Positions 10,300 to 19,445 of a DNA stretch of 64,000 nucleotides are shown one piece after another (position 1 is the first letter of the stretch; each line of letters starts with the position of its first letter). Made by a program: the position numbers and the translations under genes. This stretch comes from Deltaproteobacteria bacterium (GTDB taxonomy: Bacteria; Desulfobacterota_D; UBA1144; Nemesobacterales; JAJCZQ01): assembly GCA_029262335.1 (NCBI GenBank), contig JAJCZQ010000048.1, forward strand, positions 3,844-67,843, read 5' to 3'. The notes below the pieces were generated by a model that was given only the letters and a program-made list of their open reading frames with translations, made no database searches and had not been told where the DNA came from.

Positions 10300-11349
10300 A
10301 TGATATATAACTACCAGAACTTATATGTAATAATATTTATAATACTTATTGCATTCACTACACCATCCTTAGCATTAAATAAAGCAGAATTTAATATTAA
10401 TGGTGCTGTACTATCCCATATTCATAAAGAAGGGAGTGGTTATGGGTCTAAAAAATCTGGTGAAATGCGTAAACATCTTAAAAAAACAGGATATAACTCT
10501 GTACAGATTAATACTTTCTGTTATATGCGTGATATCTCAATTCCAGCGGTTTATTATGGATTTGATCCAACATTAGACAATAAATATCTTAGAAAAGAGA
10601 TAAAAAAGCTTCATAAAAAAGGGTTTACAGTAATGTTAAAGCCCCATGTATGGGTTGGTGATAATGAATTCAAACCAGATAACTGGAGAAATAAGATTGA
10701 TTATACAAATCCAGGTGAAAGAGCTTCCTGGTTTCACAACTATGGAAAATATATATTAACCCAGGCTGAATTTGCTGAGAAAAACGGGGTTGAAATTTTT
10801 GTAATTGGAACTGAACTTGTAAGAATGACAAAATATGACAAGGAATGGAAGAAGTTAATCAGTGATGTAAGAGAAGTTTATAAAGGCAAATTAACATATG
10901 CTGCCGAAGGTAGTAATGCATTTAATATTATGTTCTGGGAACAGCTGGACTTTATTGGCCTTGATGTTTATTTTCAGCTTACGGATAAACTCAAACCAGA
11001 GTTGAGCGATCTTGAACAAGGCTGGAAAAAACATGAAGAAAAATTAAAAATACTTTCTGATAAATTTAAGAAAAAAATTATTTTCACCGAGATTGGCTAT
11101 AAATCTGTAGAAGGTACAGCAGTAAGACCCTGGGAATGGAATAACAAAGAAAATAATGTCAGCCAGCTGCAACAGGCCCAGGCATTTGAAGCTATGTTTA
11201 GAACATTTTCAGATAAAGAATATATAGAAGGTATCTATATATGGAAATACTTTACGGATAATGACAGCTATGAAAAAGGAAATATTGAAAAAGGTTTTAC
11301 CCCGTACGGTAAGATAGCGGATGGTGTGATATCCAACTGGATTAAATAA
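10300..11349 (+). CDS. Secreted glycoside hydrolase, clan GH-A TIM-barrel type (family not resolved)
   Basis: N-terminal signal peptide (IIFIILIAFTTPSLALN). Candidate acid/base Glu in FVIGTELV and nucleophile Glu in IIFTEIGY, spaced as in GH5/GH26/GH113-like enzymes. Confidence 0.5.
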   Translation: MIYNYQNLYVIIFIILIAFTTPSLALNKAEFNINGAVLSHIHKEGSGYGSKKSGEMRKHLKKTGYNSVQINTFCYMRDISIPAVYYGFDPTLDNKYLRKEIKKLHKKGFTVMLKPHVWVGDNEFKPDNWRNKIDYTNPGERASWFHNYGKYILTQAEFAEKNGVEIFVIGTELVRMTKYDKEWKKLISDVREVYKGKLTYAAEGSNAFNIMFWEQLDFIGLDVYFQLTDKLKPELSDLEQGWKKHEEKLKILSDKFKKKIIFTEIGYKSVEGTAVRPWEWNNKENNVSQLQQAQAFEAMFRTFSDKEYIEGIYIWKYFTDNDSYEKGNIEKGFTPYGKIADGVISNWIK

Positions 11350-11350
11350 T

Positions 11351-12028
11351 CTATTTTATACCTGTATATATAACCGCTATTCCAAAACTTAGTTCTGAAA
11401 ATTCACAGTTTTTAAATCCACATTCAGACATTATATTTTTAAATACTTCTCTTTGGGGAAATTGAGAAGTTGAGTCTGAAAGATATTTGTACTCCTTACG
11501 GCTACCAAACAATGAACCGATAAAAGGCATAATATATTTAAAATAAAAAAGATAAAGTGAAGTAAATATAGATATCCTTGGGATTGCAAATTCAAGTATT
11601 GCGACTTTGCCGTCTTTTTTCAGAACCCTGTGCATCTCTTTTAATGAACGGCTGTGGTCTATGGTATTTCTGATACCGAAAGCGATTGTTATGCCATCAA
11701 AAAGATTGTCCTTAAAGGGCAGGTCTTCTCCGGCAGACTGAATTAATGACGATCTCTTAGATAATGATTTTTTATCTAATTTATCCTTTCCTATCTTAAG
11801 CATTTCAATGCTTGGATCTACACCAAATCCTGTATCAATTTTTGAAAGCTTAAATCCTTCTATTAATACTTCAGCCGTGCCCGTAGCTACATCAAGAATA
11901 AATGAGTTGTCATCGAATATTCTTACGAGTTTTTTTCTCCATATCTTATCAATACCTGCACTAAACAGGCTGTTTAGCAGGTCGTAATGACTGGAAATCT
12001 TATCAAAAAGGGCTTTAGTATCAGGCAT
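11351..12028 (-). CDS. ubiE: UbiE/MenG-family SAM-dependent methyltransferase (demethylmenaquinone/ubiquinone methyltransferase)
   Basis: 225 aa. SAM motif I ILDVATGTAEV, with UbiE/COQ5-like N- and C-terminal regions. Confidence 0.75.
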   Translation of the reverse strand: MPDTKALFDKISSHYDLLNSLFSAGIDKIWRKKLVRIFDDNSFILDVATGTAEVLIEGFKLSKIDTGFGVDPSIEMLKIGKDKLDKKSLSKRSSLIQSAGEDLPFKDNLFDGITIAFGIRNTIDHSRSLKEMHRVLKKDGKVAILEFAIPRISIFTSLYLFYFKYIMPFIGSLFGSRKEYKYLSDSTSQFPQREVFKNIMSECGFKNCEFSELSFGIAVIYTGIK

Positions 12029-12034
12029 TGATGT

Positions 12035-12940
12035 TTATTGTACTAAAATAGAGTTTAATATTCGTTTAATATGTGCTGATTTGTTAAGAACATAAAAATG
12101 TATTCCCGGTGCACCGTTTTGAAGCAGGTCTTTAGCCTGTGCTATACATTGCTTTATTCCCAGCTCTTCTGCATAAGCATCATTGTCAGCAGAAATTTTA
12201 AGTTCGTTTTTTAAATTCTCAGGGAAATTAGCTCCGCACATTGTTGAGATTTTCATAATCTGTTTTGATGATAGTATAGGCATTAACCCGGGTACAATTG
12301 GTATATCTATACCGATGTTACGTACTTTTCTAACAAAATCGTAATAATGATTATTATCAAAGAATAGCTGTGTAATGATAATATCTGCACCAGCCTCTAC
12401 TTTTTTCTTTAAATTCTCAAGGTCGGTATTCAAATCGGGTGCTTCAAGGTGTTTTTCAGGATAACCTGCAATTGCAATCCCGAATTTAACATTAAACTTG
12501 GTATTTCTTTTTTCAAAACCCCTTATGTGATGAACAAGTTCATTTGCATATGTGTATCCGTCATCCGGAGGGATAAAGTTTTTTTCTCCGGCAGGAGGGT
12601 CTCCCCTTAGAGCTACTATGTTATCAATTTCATGGGTCATTACTTTTGTCAGGAAAAGATCAATCTCTTTCCTGTTAGCGCCTACACATGTGAGATGGCA
12701 GGCAGTTTCTATTTTGAGCTGATTTTTTATATAGTTAGCAATGTCTATGGTTTTGTCCCTTGTAGTACCCATGGCACCATATGTAACAGTAATATAATCA
12801 GGAGAAAGCGTTGCCAGTTCGGAAAGGACAGTCTTTAGCTTTTCAATACCATTTGCTGTTTTTGGGGGAAATATTTCAAATGATATGACCGGTTTGTCGG
12901 ATTTTATATATATTTCTGAAAACTTCATAATATTATTCAA
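12035..12940 (-). CDS. metF: 5,10-methylenetetrahydrofolate reductase
   Basis: 301 aa. ISFEIFPPKT is the N-terminal MTHFR signature; ...VPGLMPI... is the conserved region. Confidence 0.85.
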   Translation of the reverse strand: MNNIMKFSEIYIKSDKPVISFEIFPPKTANGIEKLKTVLSELATLSPDYITVTYGAMGTTRDKTIDIANYIKNQLKIETACHLTCVGANRKEIDLFLTKVMTHEIDNIVALRGDPPAGEKNFIPPDDGYTYANELVHHIRGFEKRNTKFNVKFGIAIAGYPEKHLEAPDLNTDLENLKKKVEAGADIIITQLFFDNNHYYDFVRKVRNIGIDIPIVPGLMPILSSKQIMKISTMCGANFPENLKNELKISADNDAYAEELGIKQCIAQAKDLLQNGAPGIHFYVLNKSAHIKRILNSILVQ

Positions 12941-13040
12941 CTTTTTTGGTTAACATTCTTTCATAATCACTAATTAAGTCAACTATGTATATGAGGCAGT
13001 AAGTTAATGCTAAATCAAATAAAAAAGGTTTAGGTGGTAA

Positions 13041-14297
13041 TCAAATCATGGTTTTTTGCAGCTCTTCTCTTAATTTATTTACTTCGTAGTATGGTTCACC
13101 TGCTTTTTTTGCATCTTCATAAAGTAACTCTAGTTCAATTAATACAGATTCAAGTTTCTTTCTGCTATCCGGATTTAAAAGGGCTTTTCTAGGAGTGAGT
13201 CCATCAAGTTGTTTAAGCGGTGTGTCAATCCACTTGCTGTAATATTGATCCAGTTCACTGTTAAACTGTTTACGGCTCCTGACCCCCTTTGGCAGTTTAA
13301 CGGATTTGGATTCATTCTTAACTGACAATTCGTTGAAATTTTTAGAACTGTCTTTCTTATGTTTTAGGAAACCCTTAAGTAATGTTTCAAGGTAGAATTT
13401 TGCACTGGCAAGAGTATTTAATGAGTTGCAGTTTACAATCATTTTATTGCCTTCTATTTCAATATGAATATCTGCCTCATTACCATCAAGGTTATTTAAT
13501 CTGAATATTATCAGATCATCGGATGTGTTGTTCAGTAGTGAAAAGTTTTTATTTTTACTGATAATTTCTATTATTTTTGATCTTTTAGTTAAGCTGTATT
13601 CAGATTTAGCTATTACAAAATCCTCTCCCTCCGGAGTCAGATAACGCGGGTGTTTAATAACATCATCAATATGGTTGCCAATAAGGTATCCAAAATCTTT
13701 TAAAAAGTTTAACTGGCTTTCTTGTTCACCATTTTCTATTTTGTACGCATTAAAATTAATCTTGAAATATTCCACAATTAAAGGTTTAAATACCAGGGGA
13801 TAAATTGAAACAAGGCTGAAGAAAAAGTTTTTGTCCTGAGTTCTTACAGGCCTGGCACATATAATATCTGTCAGGTTCAGATTGCTAGACACAATAGCAT
13901 CATGAACAACTGTTTCCTCACCTGAAAATATGTCAGACAAGATACAGAACTCACCTGGTTTTATGTCTTTAATTTCAAAATAACTGCGTGAACTATTTTT
14001 CCATTCTTTTAAGACATGTAATTCTTCAATGCTGATATTATCAACCGAATCTTTAACATACAGATCAATTACTCTTGAGTTATTATCAAAAGTTTTGAAA
14101 TCAAAAATAAACCAGTCTAAAAATCTGGCAAACAGTTTGTCATCAATATCGTCTTCTTCATTGTATACAATAATAGAATCGGGATTATCCTGCCAGATAT
14201 AAAAGGCTTCTGCCGTTTGTGAATGAATATGAGGCTGATCTACATATTCTGTGAGTTTGAGTCTGAGACTGCTTTCTATTTGATCGCTATTATCCAT
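13041..14297 (-). CDS. Hypothetical protein with a C-terminal DUF2384-like (Xre/MbcA/ParS toxin-binding-like) motif
   Basis: 418 aa. The N-terminal ~340 aa have no recognisable family. The C-terminal WIDTPLKQLDGLTPRKALLNPDSRKKLESVLIELE fits the W-x-tP-x3-L-x-G-x-TP-x3-L...V...L..iE pattern of DUF2384. Confidence 0.5.
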   Translation of the reverse strand: MDNSDQIESSLRLKLTEYVDQPHIHSQTAEAFYIWQDNPDSIIVYNEEDDIDDKLFARFLDWFIFDFKTFDNNSRVIDLYVKDSVDNISIEELHVLKEWKNSSRSYFEIKDIKPGEFCILSDIFSGEETVVHDAIVSSNLNLTDIICARPVRTQDKNFFFSLVSIYPLVFKPLIVEYFKINFNAYKIENGEQESQLNFLKDFGYLIGNHIDDVIKHPRYLTPEGEDFVIAKSEYSLTKRSKIIEIISKNKNFSLLNNTSDDLIIFRLNNLDGNEADIHIEIEGNKMIVNCNSLNTLASAKFYLETLLKGFLKHKKDSSKNFNELSVKNESKSVKLPKGVRSRKQFNSELDQYYSKWIDTPLKQLDGLTPRKALLNPDSRKKLESVLIELELLYEDAKKAGEPYYEVNKLREELQKTMI

Positions 14298-14311
14298 TTT
14301 TTAATAAAAAA

Positions 14312-14782
14312 TTATTTATTACCTTTTGTATTAAATATCTTGTTAAGGGCTTCATTTCTGTAGTTGAATATAGTATCAAGATTATTGCGAATATATATAC
14401 TGTTTAACAAATTACCAAGTAATCCATAAGGTACGGCATAATTTATTAAATCTTTTGCAATTATTCCCTTGTCAATTTCACTGAAAAAATGCTGATGATG
14501 CCAGAGCCTGTATGGTCCTATTCTTTGTTCGTCTATAAAATAATAGGGTTTATTAATATGTGTAATTTCAGTTACCCAGGTTGTTGTGAAACCGCGAAAA
14601 GGAGTTACCTCGTAAGTAATTATCATTCCTTCGTAAAGTTCTTTTTCAATTTCAGATTTTATTTCTAATCCAAGACTGGGAGGAGTTATTAATTTCAGAT
14701 TGTTGGGATCAGAAAAAAAATCCCAGGATTCTTCAATTGTAATTGGTAAAAACTGCTCTCTATTAAGTGTAAATATAGACAT
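14312..14782 (-). CDS. SRPBCC (START/polyketide-cyclase/CoQ10-like) family protein
   Basis: 156 aa. Size and hydrophobic-pocket pattern fit the SRPBCC fold. Family-level guess only. Confidence 0.5.
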   Translation of the reverse strand: MSIFTLNREQFLPITIEESWDFFSDPNNLKLITPPSLGLEIKSEIEKELYEGMIITYEVTPFRGFTTTWVTEITHINKPYYFIDEQRIGPYRLWHHQHFFSEIDKGIIAKDLINYAVPYGLLGNLLNSIYIRNNLDTIFNYRNEALNKIFNTKGNK

Positions 14783-14833
14783 TTTTAGTAATATAAGTAT
14801 AACAAACTATTGGGCCGTTATGATATTAAAGTA

Positions 14834-16003
14834 TTATTCCATATCTTTTTTGTCAGGCTGCCTTGGAAGGCCAATAAATATCCATAAAACCAATACAAAC
14901 AGGGATATAATCAAAGGCAAATTTATATTTATACTATAAAGAAAACCTGACAGCATTCCACCAAAAGAAGCACCCAGGAAGTTTGCAAGATTATAAACAC
15001 CTGAGGAAATCCCCCTGTTTTCACTTGAAATTCTTTGTGTTAGAAATGCAGGCATAATTGACTGAAATATCATATGTCCAAGGAAAAACAGAATCCCGGT
15101 TGCAATCAGGACTACTCTGCCTTTATTTCCCAATAAATACACAATAAAACCAGTTATAAGAAATATAAAAGCAATTTTTATAGTTCTTTTAAGCTGGTTC
15201 TTTTTTTGCGAGCGTTTGATATAAGGGTACGTAAATAGCCCGCTTGGTAAAATAATAATGAGGTAAATCAACCAGAATTTAGAAGTAGAAATATTAAGGG
15301 ACGTCCAGCTTAATGGATAAATGAATAGGAATAAGTTTAAGATAAATGACAAAATAAATGCTGCAAACAGCAAAAGTTTAATGTCCCAGTTTGCAATGAT
15401 ATTAAGTATTTTTCTTGCACTCTGGGGCTGAGTATCTTCTTTTTTAATTACGGGGAAAAGAAAATAAGTAACGATAATTGCTACTAAACCCAGAAGGCCA
15501 AGGATATAAAAAAGTGAATTAAAACCTATCTCAATTGCAAGTAGGGGGCCTACAACTAATGAAAAGATAAAAGCCACACCTATTACAATTCCTGTAACGG
15601 TAAATGCCTGTGCCCTGACCTGCGGCCTTGTAGTATCTCCCAGTGATGCAATGGCTACAGAGCCTACTGCTCCGCTTCCCTGCAGGGCCCTTGCTAAAAT
15701 AAGTTCATATATGTTCCCGGCAAGTGCACAGACAATGCTTCCCACTGAAAACAGTATTAACCCTATGATAAGCATTCTTTTTCTTCCGTATCTGTCGCTT
15801 GCCCATCCAAAGGGGATCTGAAAAAGACTTTGAGTAAGTGCATAAATCCCAAATGCAATACCGGCCAGTGTTAGAGTGGACCCGGGATAATCCGATGTGT
15901 ATACACTAAACACCGGGAGTATAAGGAATATGCCAAGCAGCCTTAGTGATATTATTAATGCAATTGTAAAAGTAGATCTTTTTTCGTTACTGTTTAATTT
16001 CAT
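14834..16003 (-). CDS. MFS transporter
   Basis: 389 aa with ~12 predicted TM segments. MFS loop motif GWASDRYGRKRMLI (GxxxDRxGRR-like) between TM2 and TM3. Confidence 0.75.
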   Translation of the reverse strand: MKLNSNEKRSTFTIALIISLRLLGIFLILPVFSVYTSDYPGSTLTLAGIAFGIYALTQSLFQIPFGWASDRYGRKRMLIIGLILFSVGSIVCALAGNIYELILARALQGSGAVGSVAIASLGDTTRPQVRAQAFTVTGIVIGVAFIFSLVVGPLLAIEIGFNSLFYILGLLGLVAIIVTYFLFPVIKKEDTQPQSARKILNIIANWDIKLLLFAAFILSFILNLFLFIYPLSWTSLNISTSKFWLIYLIIILPSGLFTYPYIKRSQKKNQLKRTIKIAFIFLITGFIVYLLGNKGRVVLIATGILFFLGHMIFQSIMPAFLTQRISSENRGISSGVYNLANFLGASFGGMLSGFLYSININLPLIISLFVLVLWIFIGLPRQPDKKDME

Positions 16004-16143
16004 AAAATTATTAATATTTTTAAAGAAAATTGGTCATCTAGTTTAACACAGTTAAAATTAATTTTTCTAATATTATTAATAATTTTTCCATGTTTATATA
16101 TTCTCGAGGAGTGAAATTATCAAATTTCAGTAAAATTGTATAA

Positions 16144-17232
16144 ATGAGACCGACCTGGGTAGAAATTGACCTTAATTCAATCAAAACAAATCTTGAAACC
16201 GTAAAATCTATTGTTGGTGATAATGTATCTGTCCTTGCTATTGTAAAGGCTGATGCATATGGGCATGGGGCAGTTACAGTTTCAAAAACACTAATAAATT
16301 CCGGAGTAGAAAAACTTGGTGTTGCAACCCTGGAAGAGGCTATGGAACTCAGGGAGTCAGGAATTAATCATCCTATTATTATACTTGGCGGTATTCAGAA
16401 AGAAGAACTTGATGATGTAATAAAACATGGCATTATCCCGACTATATACGATCTTAAAATACTGGAAGAGCTTTCAAATGCTGCTAAGAAGATAAATAAA
16501 AATTACAGTTATCATCTGAAGATTGATACAGGCATGAGCAGACTGGGCATTAAACATCAGGACCTGGACCTGTTTTTTGAAAAACATGCAAAGTACAACA
16601 ATCTCAGACTTGTAGGGCTATTTTCACATCTTTCAATGGCCGATGACATAAGCAGTGACTATACAGAAATGCAAATAACCCTCTTTCATGAATCTTTAAA
16701 AAGATTTATAGAACTAAATATAGAGCCTGAGTATCACCACCTGGCTAACAGTGCTGCAATTCAAAACTACCCGCTCTCACATGGCAATATGGTAAGGCCG
16801 GGGATTATGATCTATGGTGCTGGTGCATTTAATGGTTTTAAACTGTTGCCGGTAATGAAACTCAAAAGTAAGATCATACAATTAAAATTACATGAAAAAG
16901 GTACATCTGTAAGTTACGGAGGTACGTATATAACGGATAAGAAGTCGTTAATTGCTACAATACCGATCGGATATGCCGATGGTTATTTAAGAAGGTTGTC
17001 AAATAAAGCTTTTGTTTCCGTAAATGGTGAACGTGCCCCGGTAGTAGGCCGTGTTTGTATGGATTTTATTATGGTTGATGTAACAGAAATAAATAATGTA
17101 AATGTCGGGGATGTTGTTACACTATTTGGGGATGGAAATGTATCTCTGGATGATGTTGCTGACTGGGCAGAGACTATACCCTATGAAATAATGACTCTTG
17201 TCGGGAAAAGGGTCCACAGACTATTTTTATAA
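16144..17232 (+). CDS. alr: Alanine racemase
   Basis: 362 aa. PLP-lysine motif AIVKADAYGHGA; conserved C-terminal VGRVCMDFIMVDVT. Confidence 0.9.
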   Translation: MRPTWVEIDLNSIKTNLETVKSIVGDNVSVLAIVKADAYGHGAVTVSKTLINSGVEKLGVATLEEAMELRESGINHPIIILGGIQKEELDDVIKHGIIPTIYDLKILEELSNAAKKINKNYSYHLKIDTGMSRLGIKHQDLDLFFEKHAKYNNLRLVGLFSHLSMADDISSDYTEMQITLFHESLKRFIELNIEPEYHHLANSAAIQNYPLSHGNMVRPGIMIYGAGAFNGFKLLPVMKLKSKIIQLKLHEKGTSVSYGGTYITDKKSLIATIPIGYADGYLRRLSNKAFVSVNGERAPVVGRVCMDFIMVDVTEINNVNVGDVVTLFGDGNVSLDDVADWAETIPYEIMTLVGKRVHRLFL

Positions 17233-17242
17233 TGGCTTAACT

Positions 17243-18670
17243 TTGCGTATATATATAATATTAATAACCCTCTTACTTGTTACCATTTCAGATGCCTATT
17301 CCGGTGGCATAAATCTTGGCCCTCTTTACCATTCACCAGTTAATTCAAAATACGATAAAGAATTTACTGCATTAGGCCCCTTTATAATTTATAAAAAGGA
17401 TAAAGACTATAAGGAATTTGGTTTTAGACCTCTTTTCCATGATACGGTAAATAAGGAAAACAGGTCTAAGGAGCTTGAGTTTTTCTATCCTCTTACTTCC
17501 TACAAAAAAAAGGAAAACTTTTCATGGTTCCAGTACCAGTTTTTCTTTTTTGTATATAATACGGAAATTACACAGTCAGGTTATAAGAACAAGCGGATTA
17601 ATCTCTTTCCCCTGATATTTTATAACAACGAAGAAAATAGTGAAAATAACTATTTTGCTTTTTTCCCTGTTTATGGTGATATGAAAAACAAATTTACCAA
17701 GGACAGGATCAAGTTTTTTATGTTCCCGTTATATATGAAAACTGAAGCGGAAGGAGAGATAACGGATAGTTTTATGTGGCCGTTCATCAGCAACTACAGC
17801 GGGGAACTCGAAGGAGGAAGGTTTTGGCCAATCTGGGGAAACAGGGTTAATAATGTTAAACAGAGCAAGCAGGAATTTCTCTTTTGGCCTTTATATGTAA
17901 ATAAGGAAAGGGATTTTTACGGGGAAAAATTTTATTTCCGTTCATTCTTCCCGGTATATTCTGAGGCTTATGTCCATGGGGTATCCAATAGAGGCTATAT
18001 ATGGCCTTTTATTCAGCACACTGTGAACCATAATACCGGCAATGAACGCTGGGACGCTCCCTGGCCTTTTCTAAGTTTTACAAAAGGAGGAGTAGTTAAT
18101 CAGAAGAGAATATTCCCATTTTATGCCAGAGCTGAACGAGAAGACAATGACACTGATGGTTATATTTTGTGGCCAATTTACAGATACAAAAATATAAAAC
18201 TTGAAAGTTACCAGAGAAATAAAAAATCAGTATTACTTATACTTTATAAAGATGTAAGTTATGAACCTATAGTTGAAGGTGTTAAACCAAAACGAAAAAT
18301 AGACCTATGGCCTCTTTTTACTTATGAAAAAAATGCAGACGGAAAGAGCAATTTTCATATCTTTACGATATTTGAGCCTTTTATCCATTCTAATGACAGA
18401 CTTTACAGGAACTATGCTTCATTCTGGAGACTGTTTGTCTGGGAAAAAGACGAAGATGATGTTACACGAACATCATTTTTGTGGAATCTTGTAAGTTCTT
18501 ACGATAGTGAAGACCTTTTCGTTTTTGATGTAAGGCCTATAATACCACTTTTTAACGTTACAAAGTCAGAGAACTATAAGTCATGGACAGTTCTTGGCGG
18601 ACTTTTTGGATATAAGAAAAAGAATGAAAAAGATATTGTTAAATTTTTGTACATACCCATAGGTGTTTAG
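17243..18670 (+). CDS. Secreted protein built from ~18 tandem aromatic-Pro repeats (hh[W/F]P[L/I/F][Y/F]) with no recognisable family
   Basis: The ORF is open from 17198 (TTG) and overlaps the alr 3' end. TTG at 17243 gives the signal peptide MRIYIILITLLLVTISDAYS. Repeats FYPLTSY, LFPLIFY, FFPVYG, MFPLYM, MWPFIS, FWPIWG, FWPLYV, FFPVYS, IWPFIQ, PWPFLS, IFPFYA, LWPIYR, LWPLFT... recur at ~20-28 aa spacing. Confidence 0.5.
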   Translation: MRIYIILITLLLVTISDAYSGGINLGPLYHSPVNSKYDKEFTALGPFIIYKKDKDYKEFGFRPLFHDTVNKENRSKELEFFYPLTSYKKKENFSWFQYQFFFFVYNTEITQSGYKNKRINLFPLIFYNNEENSENNYFAFFPVYGDMKNKFTKDRIKFFMFPLYMKTEAEGEITDSFMWPFISNYSGELEGGRFWPIWGNRVNNVKQSKQEFLFWPLYVNKERDFYGEKFYFRSFFPVYSEAYVHGVSNRGYIWPFIQHTVNHNTGNERWDAPWPFLSFTKGGVVNQKRIFPFYARAEREDNDTDGYILWPIYRYKNIKLESYQRNKKSVLLILYKDVSYEPIVEGVKPKRKIDLWPLFTYEKNADGKSNFHIFTIFEPFIHSNDRLYRNYASFWRLFVWEKDEDDVTRTSFLWNLVSSYDSEDLFVFDVRPIIPLFNVTKSENYKSWTVLGGLFGYKKKNEKDIVKFLYIPIGV

Positions 18671-18683
18671 TTAAAATAAGAAT

Positions 18684-19442
18684 ATGTCAGAACTGTTTAT
18701 AACAACCGGCGGAATTATCAAACTCCTTTTTCAGGCCATCTACTGGTGCAGGGACGCTTACTGGAATATGGATAAAATCCTATACCAGATAACTGAGATC
18801 GGAAACAACACGCTGCCTGTTGCAACTCTGATTGCACTTTCCAGCGGAGCCGTGCTTTCACTCCAGTCAGGCCCTACCTTGGCAAGTTTTGGTATTGAGG
18901 AAAACCTTGGCGGCATAGTCGGGCTTTCCATGGTCAAGGAAATCGGCCCTGTCATGGCATCAATACTAATTGCAGGAAGAATGGGGTCCGCTATGTCAGC
19001 AGAAATTGGTTCTATGAGTGTTTATGATGAAATTGACGCACTAAAAACGATGAACATTAACCCAGTACGTTTTCTCGTTATGCCAAGGTTCCTCGCAATG
19101 ATCCTGGCACTTCCCGTGCTTGTACTATTTATGGATGTTGTAGGATGGTTTGGCGGGGCATTAGTAGCATCTGCTAATCCGGAAATTGGCCTTTCTTACC
19201 AGGTCTATTTCAGAAACCTTGCCGATTTCGTAACTGTAAAGGCAGTCTTTAATGGCCTTATAAAAGCATTTATTTTTGGAATTATTATCTCTATAGTTTC
19301 CTGTTATGTCGGCCTTCGTACAAAGGGAGGCCCAAGGGAAATCGGAAGATCAGTTACAAAAGCAGTTGTATTATCATTTATACTTGTACTTGTGTCTGAT
19401 TATTTTATTACAAGAATATTGTTATTTATGAATATTGATTAA
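18684..19442 (+). CDS. mlaE: Mla/Ttg2-type ABC transporter permease
   Basis: 252 aa multi-TM protein. MlaE-family conserved regions (LPVATLIALSSGAVLSLQSGP...GIVGLSMVKEIGPVMASILIAGRMGSA). Confidence 0.85.
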   Translation: MSELFITTGGIIKLLFQAIYWCRDAYWNMDKILYQITEIGNNTLPVATLIALSSGAVLSLQSGPTLASFGIEENLGGIVGLSMVKEIGPVMASILIAGRMGSAMSAEIGSMSVYDEIDALKTMNINPVRFLVMPRFLAMILALPVLVLFMDVVGWFGGALVASANPEIGLSYQVYFRNLADFVTVKAVFNGLIKAFIFGIIISIVSCYVGLRTKGGPREIGRSVTKAVVLSFILVLVSDYFITRILLFMNID

Positions 19443-19445
19443 AAT

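Noticed and set aside
12941-13040. Possible SAM riboswitch upstream of metF
   Set aside because: Only 100 nt separate metF from the preceding gene's stop. The reverse-complement sequence shows none of the conserved SAM-I/II helices. It is too short and unstructured.
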